Under the pieces are notes generated by a model, which was not told the origin of the DNA, ran no database searches, and saw only the letters and a program-made list of their open reading frames with translations. Positions 35,091-44,487 of a stretch of 64,000 bases of DNA are shown piece by piece. Source of the stretch: Clostridia bacterium (GTDB lineage: Bacteria > Bacillota > Clostridia > CAKSNL01 > HGM11501); assembly GCA_045123995.1 (NCBI GenBank), contig JBGVKY010000007.1, positions 109 to 64,108 on the forward strand. Direction: 5' to 3'. The position numbers and the translations under genes are program-made. Positions within the stretch are counted from its first letter, which is position 1; each line of letters starts with the position of its first letter.

Positions 35091-36915
35091 AATATCTCTC
35101 CCTTCCTATTCCGTAAATAGTATATTTTCCTGTTCCTTCAAATCTTAATCTGTATGTACTGCACCGTCTTATAACTACAGGGATTTTAAATACGTTCCTC
35201 TTTTCTTTTCCTTCTTTTTCCCAGAGAGGAATAAAATCTTCCCCGTCATAGCTTATAAGAAGTTTAAGACGTGCCCCTTCTTCTATTTTGCAGCTTACAG
35301 AAATTCCCGAAACTCCCTTTTCCTCTAAAGATGCATCGTAAATGGGGGCATATTCAACAAAGCTTTCTATCTCTTCGTCATCAATTTCCCCGTTTACAAG
35401 ATAAATGCCTTTTTCGTCCATGAAATAAAAGTTCTTACCTAGTCTTGCAAAATCAATTATTTCACCTGACGATTCTTTTACCCATGCCCTGATTTTTGTG
35501 TCATATTTATAAATAACATTTTCACCCGAGGAAAGCTTTGTGGCCAAATAGTACTTATCTTCAACTGTTCCTCCAACTCCACTTCTGAGCTTTTCCCCAA
35601 GGGCTGCCCCCACTAAGTAAGGGTAAGAGCCGGAATATCCCATAACTCCCTGAGAAGAAAGATAATATAAAACTCCGTTTACTATAGCTAGACTCTTTTC
35701 AGCCCCTTTCATAACTCCTGCTATATCCTTTGTTTCATAAGTAGAGTACTGTGATGTATAGTTTCCTCCAATCCTTATAAGCGAATCCTCCTTGAAAAAT
35801 GTCGGATATCCGTTGTACTCTATGCCTCCGGTAAATTTTCCGTTTGAAAGTACCGATACCGCCCAGGCACTTCCCGAAAGAGTGCTGTAATTATTGTAGT
35901 TAAAGGGGTCTCCCAGAGCCGATGCATGAATTTCGTCTCCGTCAATTCCCCAGAGTCGGTTGTTGGAACAAAAGGCAAATTCAAAATTCGGTACTACTCT
36001 TTCAATGGTTATCGATAGCACTTTTGATATTTTAAATTTCGTATCAAATGTCAAAGTTGCATATTCTTTCGAGTCGCTTGTAGTTGTTCCTTTTTTTACA
36101 AGTTCTGTATAATATATTTTATTTTTCCCCCCCTCCACGGTTGCGCCCACTAAAAGTGTAACTTTGAAATAGTCCCCTATTCTCATCCAGTTTATATCTC
36201 TGGCTTTCGATTCTCTTATCTGTACCAACTGATGAAGTTCATTATCCAGACTCTCATAGAACTTTATGTAATTTAATTCTTCTTTATCTTCAACGTAAAG
36301 CTTACCTCCCATTTCCCCGAAAGTATCCAAAAGATATATCCATCTGTCTTGCTCCGCATAATCTTCAACATCACTTTTACTTCTTTTTACCGCTTTCCAT
36401 GTTCCCTGAGAATTAAATTGTACTACCGCATAGGGAGCCTTTGTCCCCACAGTATATATATCACCATCCTTCAAGGTTGGGTCGTTTAATGTCGCCTCCT
36501 GGAGCGCGGTTAAGGTTTCATAGGTCCCCAGGCTTTCCCTTTCCCACAAGGAAAAATATTTTCTGTCCGGGAAAACGCATATATATTTATTTACAACAGC
36601 AAAGGTCTTTTCTGACTTTTCAACTTCAAAGAATTTTTCATCGTCATAGTAAAAATATGCCCTCCCGTCTTCCTCATCCACCGCACAATAATATAACTTA
36701 TCGTCTCTTCCCATACCGTAAGGTTTTTCCCTAAAAGATTTTATCAAGTCCCTTTTGTTTCTTACGGATAACGAAGGATAGTCGTCGGTTGTAATATTCA
36801 TGCAATCGTAAATTTCACCGTCTTTTGCTCCTTCGGTGTGGTTTATTCCGGCAAAAAGAAATTTATTTGCCGTTTTTTTTGATTTAGTGTATTTTGCCTT
36901 TGGCAGTTTTAACAT
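35083..36915 (-). CDS. large phage protein of unknown function (610 aa; possibly tail-fibre/receptor-binding or other structural protein)
   Basis: First gene of the leftward operon with a strong AAGGAGAAAAAAT RBS. Gly/Tyr-rich C-terminal half. No catalytic motif. Confidence 0.3.
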   Translation of the reverse strand: MLKLPKAKYTKSKKTANKFLFAGINHTEGAKDGEIYDCMNITTDDYPSLSVRNKRDLIKSFREKPYGMGRDDKLYYCAVDEEDGRAYFYYDDEKFFEVEKSEKTFAVVNKYICVFPDRKYFSLWERESLGTYETLTALQEATLNDPTLKDGDIYTVGTKAPYAVVQFNSQGTWKAVKRSKSDVEDYAEQDRWIYLLDTFGEMGGKLYVEDKEELNYIKFYESLDNELHQLVQIRESKARDINWMRIGDYFKVTLLVGATVEGGKNKIYYTELVKKGTTTSDSKEYATLTFDTKFKISKVLSITIERVVPNFEFAFCSNNRLWGIDGDEIHASALGDPFNYNNYSTLSGSAWAVSVLSNGKFTGGIEYNGYPTFFKEDSLIRIGGNYTSQYSTYETKDIAGVMKGAEKSLAIVNGVLYYLSSQGVMGYSGSYPYLVGAALGEKLRSGVGGTVEDKYYLATKLSSGENVIYKYDTKIRAWVKESSGEIIDFARLGKNFYFMDEKGIYLVNGEIDDEEIESFVEYAPIYDASLEEKGVSGISVSCKIEEGARLKLLISYDGEDFIPLWEKEGKEKRNVFKIPVVIRRCSTYRLRFEGTGKYTIYGIGRERYYA

Positions 36916-36941
36916 ATTTTTTCTCCTTCCTCAATTTAATT

Positions 36942-37091
36942 TTATCCTGCCGGATTTTCGATTTTTCTTTCGTAAAGACTTTCTTCTTCATCTTTCGTAA
37001 GCTCCTGACTTAAAACAAAGCACCAGTTATATAAAATTTTTAATTTTTCATCCGGGCTCATGTTCTCTTCTACTCTGGGAAGCTTTTGCAT
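36942..37091 (-). CDS. small acidic hypothetical protein (49 aa) heading the leftward operon
   Basis: GGAGGAATTTGT-ATG. MQKLPRVEENMSPDEKLKILYNWCFVLSQELTKDEEESLYERKIENPAG. Not in the ORF track (under 60 aa). Confidence 0.3.
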   Translation of the reverse strand: MQKLPRVEENMSPDEKLKILYNWCFVLSQELTKDEEESLYERKIENPAG

Positions 37092-37244
37092 ACAAATTCC
37101 TCCTTTAACTCATTAGGTTACAAACGGGCGAAAAAAATTACCCCACCGCCCAATACAGGCTGCAGGAACCTATATTGGCAGAGAGAACTCAATTCTTACG
37201 CTGTATAATAAGTATACCACACTTTTTTACACCTGTCAAGTCAT

Positions 37245-37320
37245 TTTTTAAAAAAATTTCTTTTTAGGTCATTTTGTACAAAAAACTCTTGACTTTATTG
37301 ACTCATTATGTTAATATATA
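37245..37320. promoter_or_regulatory. divergent repressor/lytic promoter-operator region with repeated TTGACT/AGTCAA half-sites
   Basis: TTGACT-17-TAATAT promoter for the repressor (about 37290-37318). TTGACT/AGTCAA motifs recur three times (tgtcaagtca; cttgactttattgactc). Confidence 0.4.
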
Positions 37321-37335
37321 TACGAGGTGATACTT

Positions 37336-37971
37336 ATGACTATGGGTCAGAGAATTTATTCTTTACGTAAACAAAGAAAAATGACACAGGAAGATGTAGC
37401 AAAAAGATTGGGCGTTGCAGTTCAGACAGTTTTTAAATATGAAAAAGGAATTGTAACCAATATCCCCTTGGACAAGCTTGAGGTTTTGGCAAGGATTCTT
37501 GACACCACCACTACCTACCTTACCGGCTGGGGCGGTGAAGATGAGGACTCAGGCAGAGAAACAATAAAAAATCTCATCACGGCAGACCTTGTGAAAATCC
37601 CCCTGCTTGGAGAGATTGCCGCTGGCGAGCCCATTTTAGCTCAGGAAGAGCATGAATCATTTGTAGAAGCAGGAAGCGACCTTCATGCCGACTTCTGTCT
37701 TAAGGTTCACGGTGACTCAATGATAAATGCCCGTATCTACGACGGTGATGTGGTTTTCATTCACAAACAGCCTATGGTTGAAAACGGTGAAATTGCCGCT
37801 GTTATCATAGATAACGAAGCCACATTAAAGAGAGTTTATTACTATCCCGAGAAAAATAAGCTTATGCTGACTCCCGAAAACCCTGCTTATGAGCCCTTTG
37901 TTTTCATGAATGAGGAGCTTTCTAACGTAAGAATTTTAGGAAAGGCAATCGCATTCCAGAGTAAGTTATAA
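37336..37971 (+). CDS. CI/LexA-like phage repressor (XRE HTH + S24 peptidase domain)
   Basis: HTH QEDVAKRLGVAVQTVFKYEKG. Autocleavage-type Ala-Gly (EIAAGEP), S24 catalytic Ser in GDSM and Lys in ATLKRV. GAGGTGA RBS. Confidence 0.8.
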   Translation: MTMGQRIYSLRKQRKMTQEDVAKRLGVAVQTVFKYEKGIVTNIPLDKLEVLARILDTTTTYLTGWGGEDEDSGRETIKNLITADLVKIPLLGEIAAGEPILAQEEHESFVEAGSDLHADFCLKVHGDSMINARIYDGDVVFIHKQPMVENGEIAAVIIDNEATLKRVYYYPEKNKLMLTPENPAYEPFVFMNEELSNVRILGKAIAFQSKL

Positions 37972-38016
37972 AAAAATAAGGTTGAAAACGAAAGTTTTCA
38001 ACCTTATTTTTTTATT
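37972..38016. terminator. bidirectional terminator between the repressor and mrp
   Basis: aaggttgaaaac-gaaa-gttttcaacctt (12-bp perfect stem) flanked by A7 and T9. Confidence 0.65.
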
Positions 38017-38845
38017 TCTCGTAAATATCGTTTAAAATTTTTTCGGCATCCTTTAACCAGTCTCCCTCGAAAAGCTCAATCATACCTGCATCGCAGGCTG
38101 CTGCAAGACGGGGATCAAAGGGAATTTTACCAAGTACGGGAATTCCCTTTTCCTTGGCAATATCTTCTATATGGCTTTCGCCGAAAACTTTAATTACTTT
38201 TCCGCAGTCAGGACAGGTAACATAGCTCATGTTCTCAACCAGACCAAGAACTGGAATATTCATGAGATTTGCCATGTTAAGAGCCTTTTCCACTATCATT
38301 CCTACCAGTTCCTGAGGTGATGCCACCACGATAATTCCGTCAACGGGAATGGACTGAAATACAGTCAAGGGAACATCGCCTGTTCCGGGAGGCATGTCTA
38401 TAAACATAAAGTCAACCTCGCCCCAGATTACATCTGTCCAGAACTGTTTTACCGCTCCTGCAATAACGGGGCCTCTCCATACAACGGGGTCTGTTTCATT
38501 TTCCATCAAAAGATTAAGAGACATTAAACGAAGCCCTGTTTTTGTATTTACAGGATAAATTCCGTTTTCAGCACCTAACGCCTTTTCTTTTGCTCCAAAC
38601 ATTTTTGGAACAGAAGGGCCTGTGATATCCGCATCAAGTACCGCAGTTTTAAATCCGTTTCTCTGACTTATAACAGACATAAGACCGGTCACTAAGGATT
38701 TTCCTACGCCGCCTTTGCCGCTCACTATACCTATTACCTTTTTAATATCAGACATTTCATGGGGCTTTTCCAAAAAGCTCTCTTTTGTTCTTTCGCTGCA
38801 GTTGCCTTCACCGCAGGTTTCACAGTTGTGTGTGCATTCACTCAT
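38012..38845 (-). CDS. mrp: Mrp/ApbC/NBP35 family Fe-S cluster carrier ATPase
   Basis: N-terminal Cys cluster (CTHNCETCGEGNC), deviant Walker A GKGGVGKS, CxxC (CPDCG). Start at ATG 38845 with AAAGGA RBS. Confidence 0.8.
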   Translation of the reverse strand: MSECTHNCETCGEGNCSERTKESFLEKPHEMSDIKKVIGIVSGKGGVGKSLVTGLMSVISQRNGFKTAVLDADITGPSVPKMFGAKEKALGAENGIYPVNTKTGLRLMSLNLLMENETDPVVWRGPVIAGAVKQFWTDVIWGEVDFMFIDMPPGTGDVPLTVFQSIPVDGIIVVASPQELVGMIVEKALNMANLMNIPVLGLVENMSYVTCPDCGKVIKVFGESHIEDIAKEKGIPVLGKIPFDPRLAAACDAGMIELFEGDWLKDAEKILNDIYEK

Positions 38846-38862
38846 TTTATTCAATCCTTTCA

Positions 38863-39975
38863 TTAAGATGCGCTGGCATCAATCATTCCGTTATCAAAAT
38901 AGTCCTTTACAAATATCTTTATGGTTGCCATAATCGGAACACCTAAAATCATTCCGAAAAATCCGAATAAATCCCCGAATACAATAACGGCTAAAAGCAC
39001 CAGTAGAGGATTTACTCCCGTGGATTTGCTTAAAATTCTGGGCTGAATAAGATTGGAATCTATCTGTCCCAATATAATCTGGAATAAAAGAACCCAAAGA
39101 GCCTTGACGGGTCCTATTGAAACTGCACCTATGATATATGTTATAACTGTAGCCACAATAGGTCCGAAAAAAGGAATCATATTTCCCAGCGCCACTAAAA
39201 AGCCTAAAAGCACTGCATAGGGAACACGGAAAAAAGTAAGAGCAATGGCTGTAATCGTTCCCACAATAAGAGCGTCAAGGGAAAGCCCTGCAAAATAAGA
39301 ATAAAATACCCCAACCATATCCTTTGCATACTTTTTTATTATATCCCTTTTATGTCCTTGTATAAATCTGTTATATGCCTTGGAGCTGACCTTTTTAATT
39401 CCGTCTCTTTCAAGTAGAATATAAATTGAAAAGACAACGCCAAGAAAAAAGTTCATAAAGGAACTTGCAAGAGCCCCTAATACCGAAACATACTTATTTA
39501 TTTTATTTAATGTGAAATTCTCTTTTACGAAATCTCCTATTTTTTCGCTTATAGTATCTAAAAGTCCGATTTCAGATATAATCTGATTTTCATTTAAGAA
39601 CTCTTCTGCCTTTTTTATATAGGAGGGTGTGTTTTGTGCCAAATCCAAAACATTTTTCTTAAGTCCTGGAAGTAAAAAATTAACGCACAAAGCAAGGACA
39701 ATGAAAATAACGGCATAAAGTCCCAATACGGAAATTATTCTTTTCCCTTTGAGTAAAAATTTTTTCCTTGTTTTCTCTAAAAGTTTTTCAATCTTTTCCG
39801 ACGGCTTCCACAAAAAGAATGCAATTATAATACCTATAATGCAAGGAGTGAAAACGCTCAAAAAATTCCCTGCTGCTTTAAGAAAGCCTTCATAATTTTC
39901 AGCTATTCTGTAAATAAATATAAGAATTGTGCCCAGAAGAAATGCCCGAACCCAATTACTGTGAATTTTTTTCAT
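38863..39975 (-). CDS. AI-2E family transporter (PerM/YdiK-like, UPF0118)
   Basis: 370 aa, 7-8 TM segments. GGGAGG RBS. Confidence 0.7.
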   Translation of the reverse strand: MKKIHSNWVRAFLLGTILIFIYRIAENYEGFLKAAGNFLSVFTPCIIGIIIAFFLWKPSEKIEKLLEKTRKKFLLKGKRIISVLGLYAVIFIVLALCVNFLLPGLKKNVLDLAQNTPSYIKKAEEFLNENQIISEIGLLDTISEKIGDFVKENFTLNKINKYVSVLGALASSFMNFFLGVVFSIYILLERDGIKKVSSKAYNRFIQGHKRDIIKKYAKDMVGVFYSYFAGLSLDALIVGTITAIALTFFRVPYAVLLGFLVALGNMIPFFGPIVATVITYIIGAVSIGPVKALWVLLFQIILGQIDSNLIQPRILSKSTGVNPLLVLLAVIVFGDLFGFFGMILGVPIMATIKIFVKDYFDNGMIDASAS

Positions 39976-40083
39976 ATTTTCCTCCCATACTTTTCCTTAA
40001 AAGCACGATTATCATTTTAGCACAAAACCCTTAAAAAAGCAAGTGTCAAATACCTTTTATATACTTTACCCAATATTATAATA

Positions 40084-40143
40084 AAAAAACGGCAAAATCC
40101 CGGTGCCCTTATCAAGAAGCTATCACCCGAAGTCTGCCGTTTT
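40084..40143. terminator. terminator of the V-ATPase operon
   Basis: aaaacggca...tgccgtttt long-range stem enclosing an internal hairpin; U-run on the minus-strand transcript. Confidence 0.4.
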
Positions 40144-40180
40144 CATAATCTTTATAAACTACCTCCGTTTATAAATCAAA

Positions 40181-40606
40181 TTACCCTAAAGCTACCATGC
40201 TGAAAACCAGTGCGAACAATGCAACAGTTTCGCAAAGACCTACAACAGTTATATATTGAGAAAAGCCTTTTCCTGTTTCAGCCAAAGCATCCGCACCCGC
40301 AGCACCAGCTTTTCCCTGATAAACTGCGGAAAAGGCCATAGCAACACCGGATGCAATACCAAGGCCAAACAAGAAGGCAGGATCTGCATCAGATGCTTTC
40401 ATCTGCTGCATTAAAAGAAATCCATAAATAGTCTGTGTAAGAGGAGCTCCGGCAAAAACAGTAAGAATAAACGGTGCCGCCTTATTGCTCATATAGCATT
40501 TTTTCCACGCCCCGATAGATGCCTGGCCTGCCAGACCAATACCGATAGCCGATCCGATAGCAGCAATACCCATTGCCAGCGCTGTTCCAAGAATTCCTAA
40601 ATTCAT
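40181..40606 (-). CDS. atpK: V-type ATPase proteolipid subunit K (c-ring)
   Basis: Two hairpin TM pairs, Gly-rich (AIGSAIGIGLAG, GLGIASGVAMAFSAV), conserved Glu. Start ATG 40606 after AAGGAGA. Confidence 0.8.
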   Translation of the reverse strand: MNLGILGTALAMGIAAIGSAIGIGLAGQASIGAWKKCYMSNKAAPFILTVFAGAPLTQTIYGFLLMQQMKASDADPAFLFGLGIASGVAMAFSAVYQGKAGAAGADALAETGKGFSQYITVVGLCETVALFALVFSMVALG

Positions 40607-40619
40607 AACGATTCTCCTT

Positions 40620-42542
40620 TTAATCAATTTGTTCTTTAAATGGTTGAAATTTATGTCCACTCCACGACATATCTAAGTGTGAAGAAAACTCCAGTGTATT
40701 AAGTCTGATTCCATGAACTATAACAGACAGAATATTTAATATCATATTAAGTCCGTGACCAAATACCAGAAGAACAATAGCAAGTATCATAAACATAAAT
40801 TTACCGAGCAGAGGTCCTGCCAACTCATTTACAGTAGCAGAGATTGCCGCTCCTGCAAGACCGACAGCCCAGAGTCTGATATACGAAACGATATCAGAAA
40901 ATACATTCACTACTCCAAGCAAAACCGACACAATATTGGTAAGGCTTGAAAGAATGGATTTTACTACGCTTCCTTCATAATTTGAAAATACAAAACTTGT
41001 GATAAACCCTATGCCTATAAGTATAACGGCAACAGTTCCTATGGGGATGCCACTTATCACAAGACCAAAACTGAACACCTCGGCATTTACAACAAGGCTA
41101 AGCACCAGGTAATAGATTCCTAAAAGTTGCAGTATCGAACCTATATCACCGAGCATTTTAAGTGAGCTTCTGTTTCTTACAACACCTTTTATATGTGCCA
41201 CAGAAAGCTGTATCAAAGCTAGAGAAAAGCAGAATATCTGCAAGTTTTGAGCCGTTGTCAACCCAGCTTTTCCGTTTGTCCAGAAAGGATACCATATCTT
41301 ATCGGAATACACATTTGAAATTACCGGTACGGATAAACTCTTCAGCCAAGCAGGTAACTGCTCGGGGCTCAGCCCAAACCAGGTACAAGTCAGCGTTCCC
41401 CATAAAACCGTAGAAAGCCCAAAAAGTCCTATCAGTAAAAACATAGGGGAAACTTTCTTTTTTGAAACTATGGCTTTTATGACAGGAATCGCAGCAACAG
41501 CTGAAATTAACAGTCCGTATCCTCCGTCACCGAAAATTATCCCGAAAAATATGAGTATAAATGCAAGGAACCAACCGGAAATATCATATTCAAAATATCC
41601 CGGAACAGTCCCCAGAAAGTCAGTCAGAGGATAAATAAGACTTACAAATTTATTGTTTCGGAGTTTGGTAGGAACATTATCCTCTTCTCCTGGCTCTTCT
41701 ACTAAAAGCCCCCAGGAATTTTTTGTTGCTGTTTGTTTTAGCCTGTCTATGTTCTCTGCCTCAATATAACCTTTGAAATATGCTACAGAAACCACTTGTT
41801 TGCCATATGAAGCTATGTTTTCATCAGTCATACCGGTATGATAAGTTTCAAATTCAATTTCCTTTTCAATACTTTTGATTGCTCGCTTTATACTTTCAGT
41901 ATAACAAGCTTTTTCTTCAATCAATCGGTCTATTTCGTCAATGCGGCTTTCACTTTCAGAAATTCTTTTTTTCATATTTGCAGAGGAAATCTGTGGGAGC
42001 TCCAAGCGATAAGCAGCAATAGAAGAAATAAATTCTTCTTCGTCCTCAGAATCAGATTTTACCAAAAGAAATCTGACTGTCGATTTTGTTGTGTCTAGCC
42101 TGAGTGTTTTAACGTTATCAACAATCTCTTCATATTCATTCTTCGGCATCTCATAAAATAATAACTCTATACCTTTTTTCTCTAAATGGCTTATATCTTC
42201 CGGTGAAATATCTCCCCAGTTTTTAAGACGTTCAAGCTCTGAAATAAGTGCAACCCTTTCTGCCTGGCATTGTTTCTTTTCTTCATCAAGAGAAGAAACT
42301 TCTCCGGCAATGGCTAACACCTCTTCAGTATTTACACTTTTCTGTTCTATCTTATCCCCTTTTCCTATAGAAAATGCCGTGCTTTCAAGTAAAGCGAGCT
42401 GTTCGCTTAACCTCTCAAGCTTTTCTCCCGAGCCCTCGGTTATCTCCATATGGAGCATTCCTAAGCTACGTAATATTTTCAAGGCATTTTCTTTTTCATT
42501 CCCTCTTATAATGAGAACCACTTTTTTCATAGGCACTATCAT
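40620..42542 (-). CDS. atpI: V-type ATPase subunit I (a-subunit, stator/proton channel)
   Basis: 640 aa with a soluble coiled-coil N-terminal half and a C-terminal multi-TM half carrying a conserved Arg (RLWAVGLAGAA). Confidence 0.8.
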   Translation of the reverse strand: MIVPMKKVVLIIRGNEKENALKILRSLGMLHMEITEGSGEKLERLSEQLALLESTAFSIGKGDKIEQKSVNTEEVLAIAGEVSSLDEEKKQCQAERVALISELERLKNWGDISPEDISHLEKKGIELLFYEMPKNEYEEIVDNVKTLRLDTTKSTVRFLLVKSDSEDEEEFISSIAAYRLELPQISSANMKKRISESESRIDEIDRLIEEKACYTESIKRAIKSIEKEIEFETYHTGMTDENIASYGKQVVSVAYFKGYIEAENIDRLKQTATKNSWGLLVEEPGEEDNVPTKLRNNKFVSLIYPLTDFLGTVPGYFEYDISGWFLAFILIFFGIIFGDGGYGLLISAVAAIPVIKAIVSKKKVSPMFLLIGLFGLSTVLWGTLTCTWFGLSPEQLPAWLKSLSVPVISNVYSDKIWYPFWTNGKAGLTTAQNLQIFCFSLALIQLSVAHIKGVVRNRSSLKMLGDIGSILQLLGIYYLVLSLVVNAEVFSFGLVISGIPIGTVAVILIGIGFITSFVFSNYEGSVVKSILSSLTNIVSVLLGVVNVFSDIVSYIRLWAVGLAGAAISATVNELAGPLLGKFMFMILAIVLLVFGHGLNMILNILSVIVHGIRLNTLEFSSHLDMSWSGHKFQPFKEQID

Positions 42543-43171
42543 AATGAATACACCTCCTTTTCGGGAGAAGCAACATTGCGAAGTGCTATTTTACGTTTTG
42601 ATATTTTCGAACGCACCACAGCACTGACCTGCTGGTCTGCCATATAAATAGATATTTTTTTTATATTCTCTTTTGTTTCGGGGATTTTAACCTTTTCAAA
42701 AAGATTCACTCTTTGAGAGGTAGAAAGAAGCTCTTTTTCCAAAAGTCTGACCTGCTCATCCAACACTTCTGCCTCCAGTTCCATGGCTATTGCTTTTTCC
42801 ATGTGGTTTGCAGCTATATCCACCCAAAGCGGAGTTTCATAAAGATCATATTCTCCCCTCTGAAAATCCGCCCCTTCAAATACAGGAATATCTACTCCGG
42901 CAATGTTTCCGGTTCCCTTTCTTATATTGCTGACAACTATGATTCCACGTGGGAAAGCATCCTCTTCGCTGAAAACAGCTATCCATTCACTGAAACCAAG
43001 TTCAAGAATTTCTCTTTCTTTTCTTACCGCTTCAGCTTTTGCTTCAATGGAGCGTATTTCTGCTTGGAGCTGTTGTTTTTTCAGTGTCAGAGTAGGCAAA
43101 TATCTGCGGTACATTTTTAAAGCATCTTTTTGTACCTTTAACTCATTTTTAGTCAGTTTGATTTTTGCCAA
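42539..43171 (-). CDS. atpD: V-type ATPase subunit D (central stalk)
   Basis: MAKIKLTKNELKVQKDALKMYRRYLPTLTLKKQQLQ is the canonical subunit D N-terminus. ATGA coupling. Confidence 0.8.
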   Translation of the reverse strand: MAKIKLTKNELKVQKDALKMYRRYLPTLTLKKQQLQAEIRSIEAKAEAVRKEREILELGFSEWIAVFSEEDAFPRGIIVVSNIRKGTGNIAGVDIPVFEGADFQRGEYDLYETPLWVDIAANHMEKAIAMELEAEVLDEQVRLLEKELLSTSQRVNLFEKVKIPETKENIKKISIYMADQQVSAVVRSKISKRKIALRNVASPEKEVYSL

Positions 43172-43185
43172 AACTACACCCCTCC

Positions 43186-44487
43186 TTACTTCTTAGGCCA
43201 AAACTCATCAGTAAGGTCTGATTTTATTCCGGTTTCATCTTTATCAAAGCAATCAGCTAAAATTTCCCATCCTAAATCAAGGGCTCCTTCCAGTGAAAGA
43301 TTTACTGACAGAGACATCATCTTGCTTTCAAAAAGTTCGCCGTATTTAAGCAATTTTTCATCCCAGCGGCTCATAGCAAACCCCATATTCTTCTTTTCCA
43401 GGGTTTCTTTATAGGAAGAATACATTCGTATCATTGCATCCATAAGAGCACGATGATCTTTTCGTGTTTTTCCGTTTACATTTTGCTTGAGTCTGGAAAG
43501 AGATCCAAAAGGCTCTATTCGGCCTCCTTTAAGGTAATACTGACCCTCGGTAATATATCCTGTATTATCGGGAACAGGATGAGTTACATCATCTCCGGGC
43601 ATTGTAGTAACTGCCAAAACAGTGACAGAACCTGAATCTGCAAAATCAACTGCCTTTTCGTAACGGGCAGCAAGCTGCGAATATAGATCTCCGGGATATC
43701 CACGGTTGGATGGCACCTGTTCCTGAGTAATAGCAATTTCTTTCATGGCATCGGCAAAGTTTGTCATATCCGTGAGAAGCACCAATACATCCTTGTTTTG
43801 TAGTGCAAACTGCTCTGCCACCGCCAACGCCATGTCAGGAATCATCATGCATTCTACTGTAGGATCTGAAGCTGTATGGATGAACATAACCGTTTTACTC
43901 AAAGCTCCTCCTTTGGAAAGTGCATCCTTAAAATACAAAAAATCGTCATATTTAAGTCCCATTCCACCCAGCACAATTACATCTGCTTCTGCCTGCATGG
44001 CAATACGGGCCAGAAGCTGATTATAGGGCTCTCCGGAAATAGAGAAAATGGGTAACTTCTGAGAAACAACCAGAGTATTAAACATGTCAATCATCGGAAT
44101 ATTGGTTCTCATCATACGATTTGCAAGAATACGTTTGGTAGGATTAACCGAAGGGCCACCGATACTCTTCATGTTTTCCGTAAGAGCCGGTCCTTTATCT
44201 CTCGGTTCTCCTGATCCGTTGAATATACGTCCCAACAGATCATCGCTGAATGACACTCTCATTTCGTGTCCAAGGAATCTCACTTCATCTCCTGTAGAAA
44301 CACCCTGTCCTCCGGCAAATACCTGTAAAGACACTATATCTCCTTCAATCTTATTAACCTGAGCCAAAGACTTTCCAAAGCGGGTATTTATTTGTGCTAA
44401 TTCCTTATATTGAACATCGTTTGCCCGGACGGTAATGACGTTGCCTGTAATTGACTCTATTTTGCTATATACTTTATTCATTATCAT
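43186..44487 (-). CDS. atpB: V-type ATPase subunit B (regulatory)
   Basis: Alpha/beta fold with a degenerate P-loop region. 433 aa. Operon position between A and D. Confidence 0.85.
   Translation of the reverse strand: MIMNKVYSKIESITGNVITVRANDVQYKELAQINTRFGKSLAQVNKIEGDIVSLQVFAGGQGVSTGDEVRFLGHEMRVSFSDDLLGRIFNGSGEPRDKGPALTENMKSIGGPSVNPTKRILANRMMRTNIPMIDMFNTLVVSQKLPIFSISGEPYNQLLARIAMQAEADVIVLGGMGLKYDDFLYFKDALSKGGALSKTVMFIHTASDPTVECMMIPDMALAVAEQFALQNKDVLVLLTDMTNFADAMKEIAITQEQVPSNRGYPGDLYSQLAARYEKAVDFADSGSVTVLAVTTMPGDDVTHPVPDNTGYITEGQYYLKGGRIEPFGSLSRLKQNVNGKTRKDHRALMDAMIRMYSSYKETLEKKNMGFAMSRWDEKLLKYGELFESKMMSLSVNLSLEGALDLGWEILADCFDKDETGIKSDLTDEFWPKK

Larger units (their letters stand above)
26818..37971. 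mobile_element. tail-less, integrase-less prophage-like cassette (repressor + lysis + head-packaging genes)
   Basis: Contiguous minus-strand operon of phage-type genes bounded by terminators at 26782-26815 and 37972-38016. CI-like repressor reads divergently at the right end. No integrase, replication or tail genes. Flanked by the housekeeping genes tspO/fba and mrp. Confidence 0.6.

Noticed and set aside
26818-37971. Interpretation as an intact inducible prophage
   Set aside because: No integrase/excisionase, replication, terS, connector, tail, tape-measure or baseplate genes anywhere between the flanking housekeeping genes. Gene order is non-canonical. It is therefore called a prophage-like cassette rather than a prophage.
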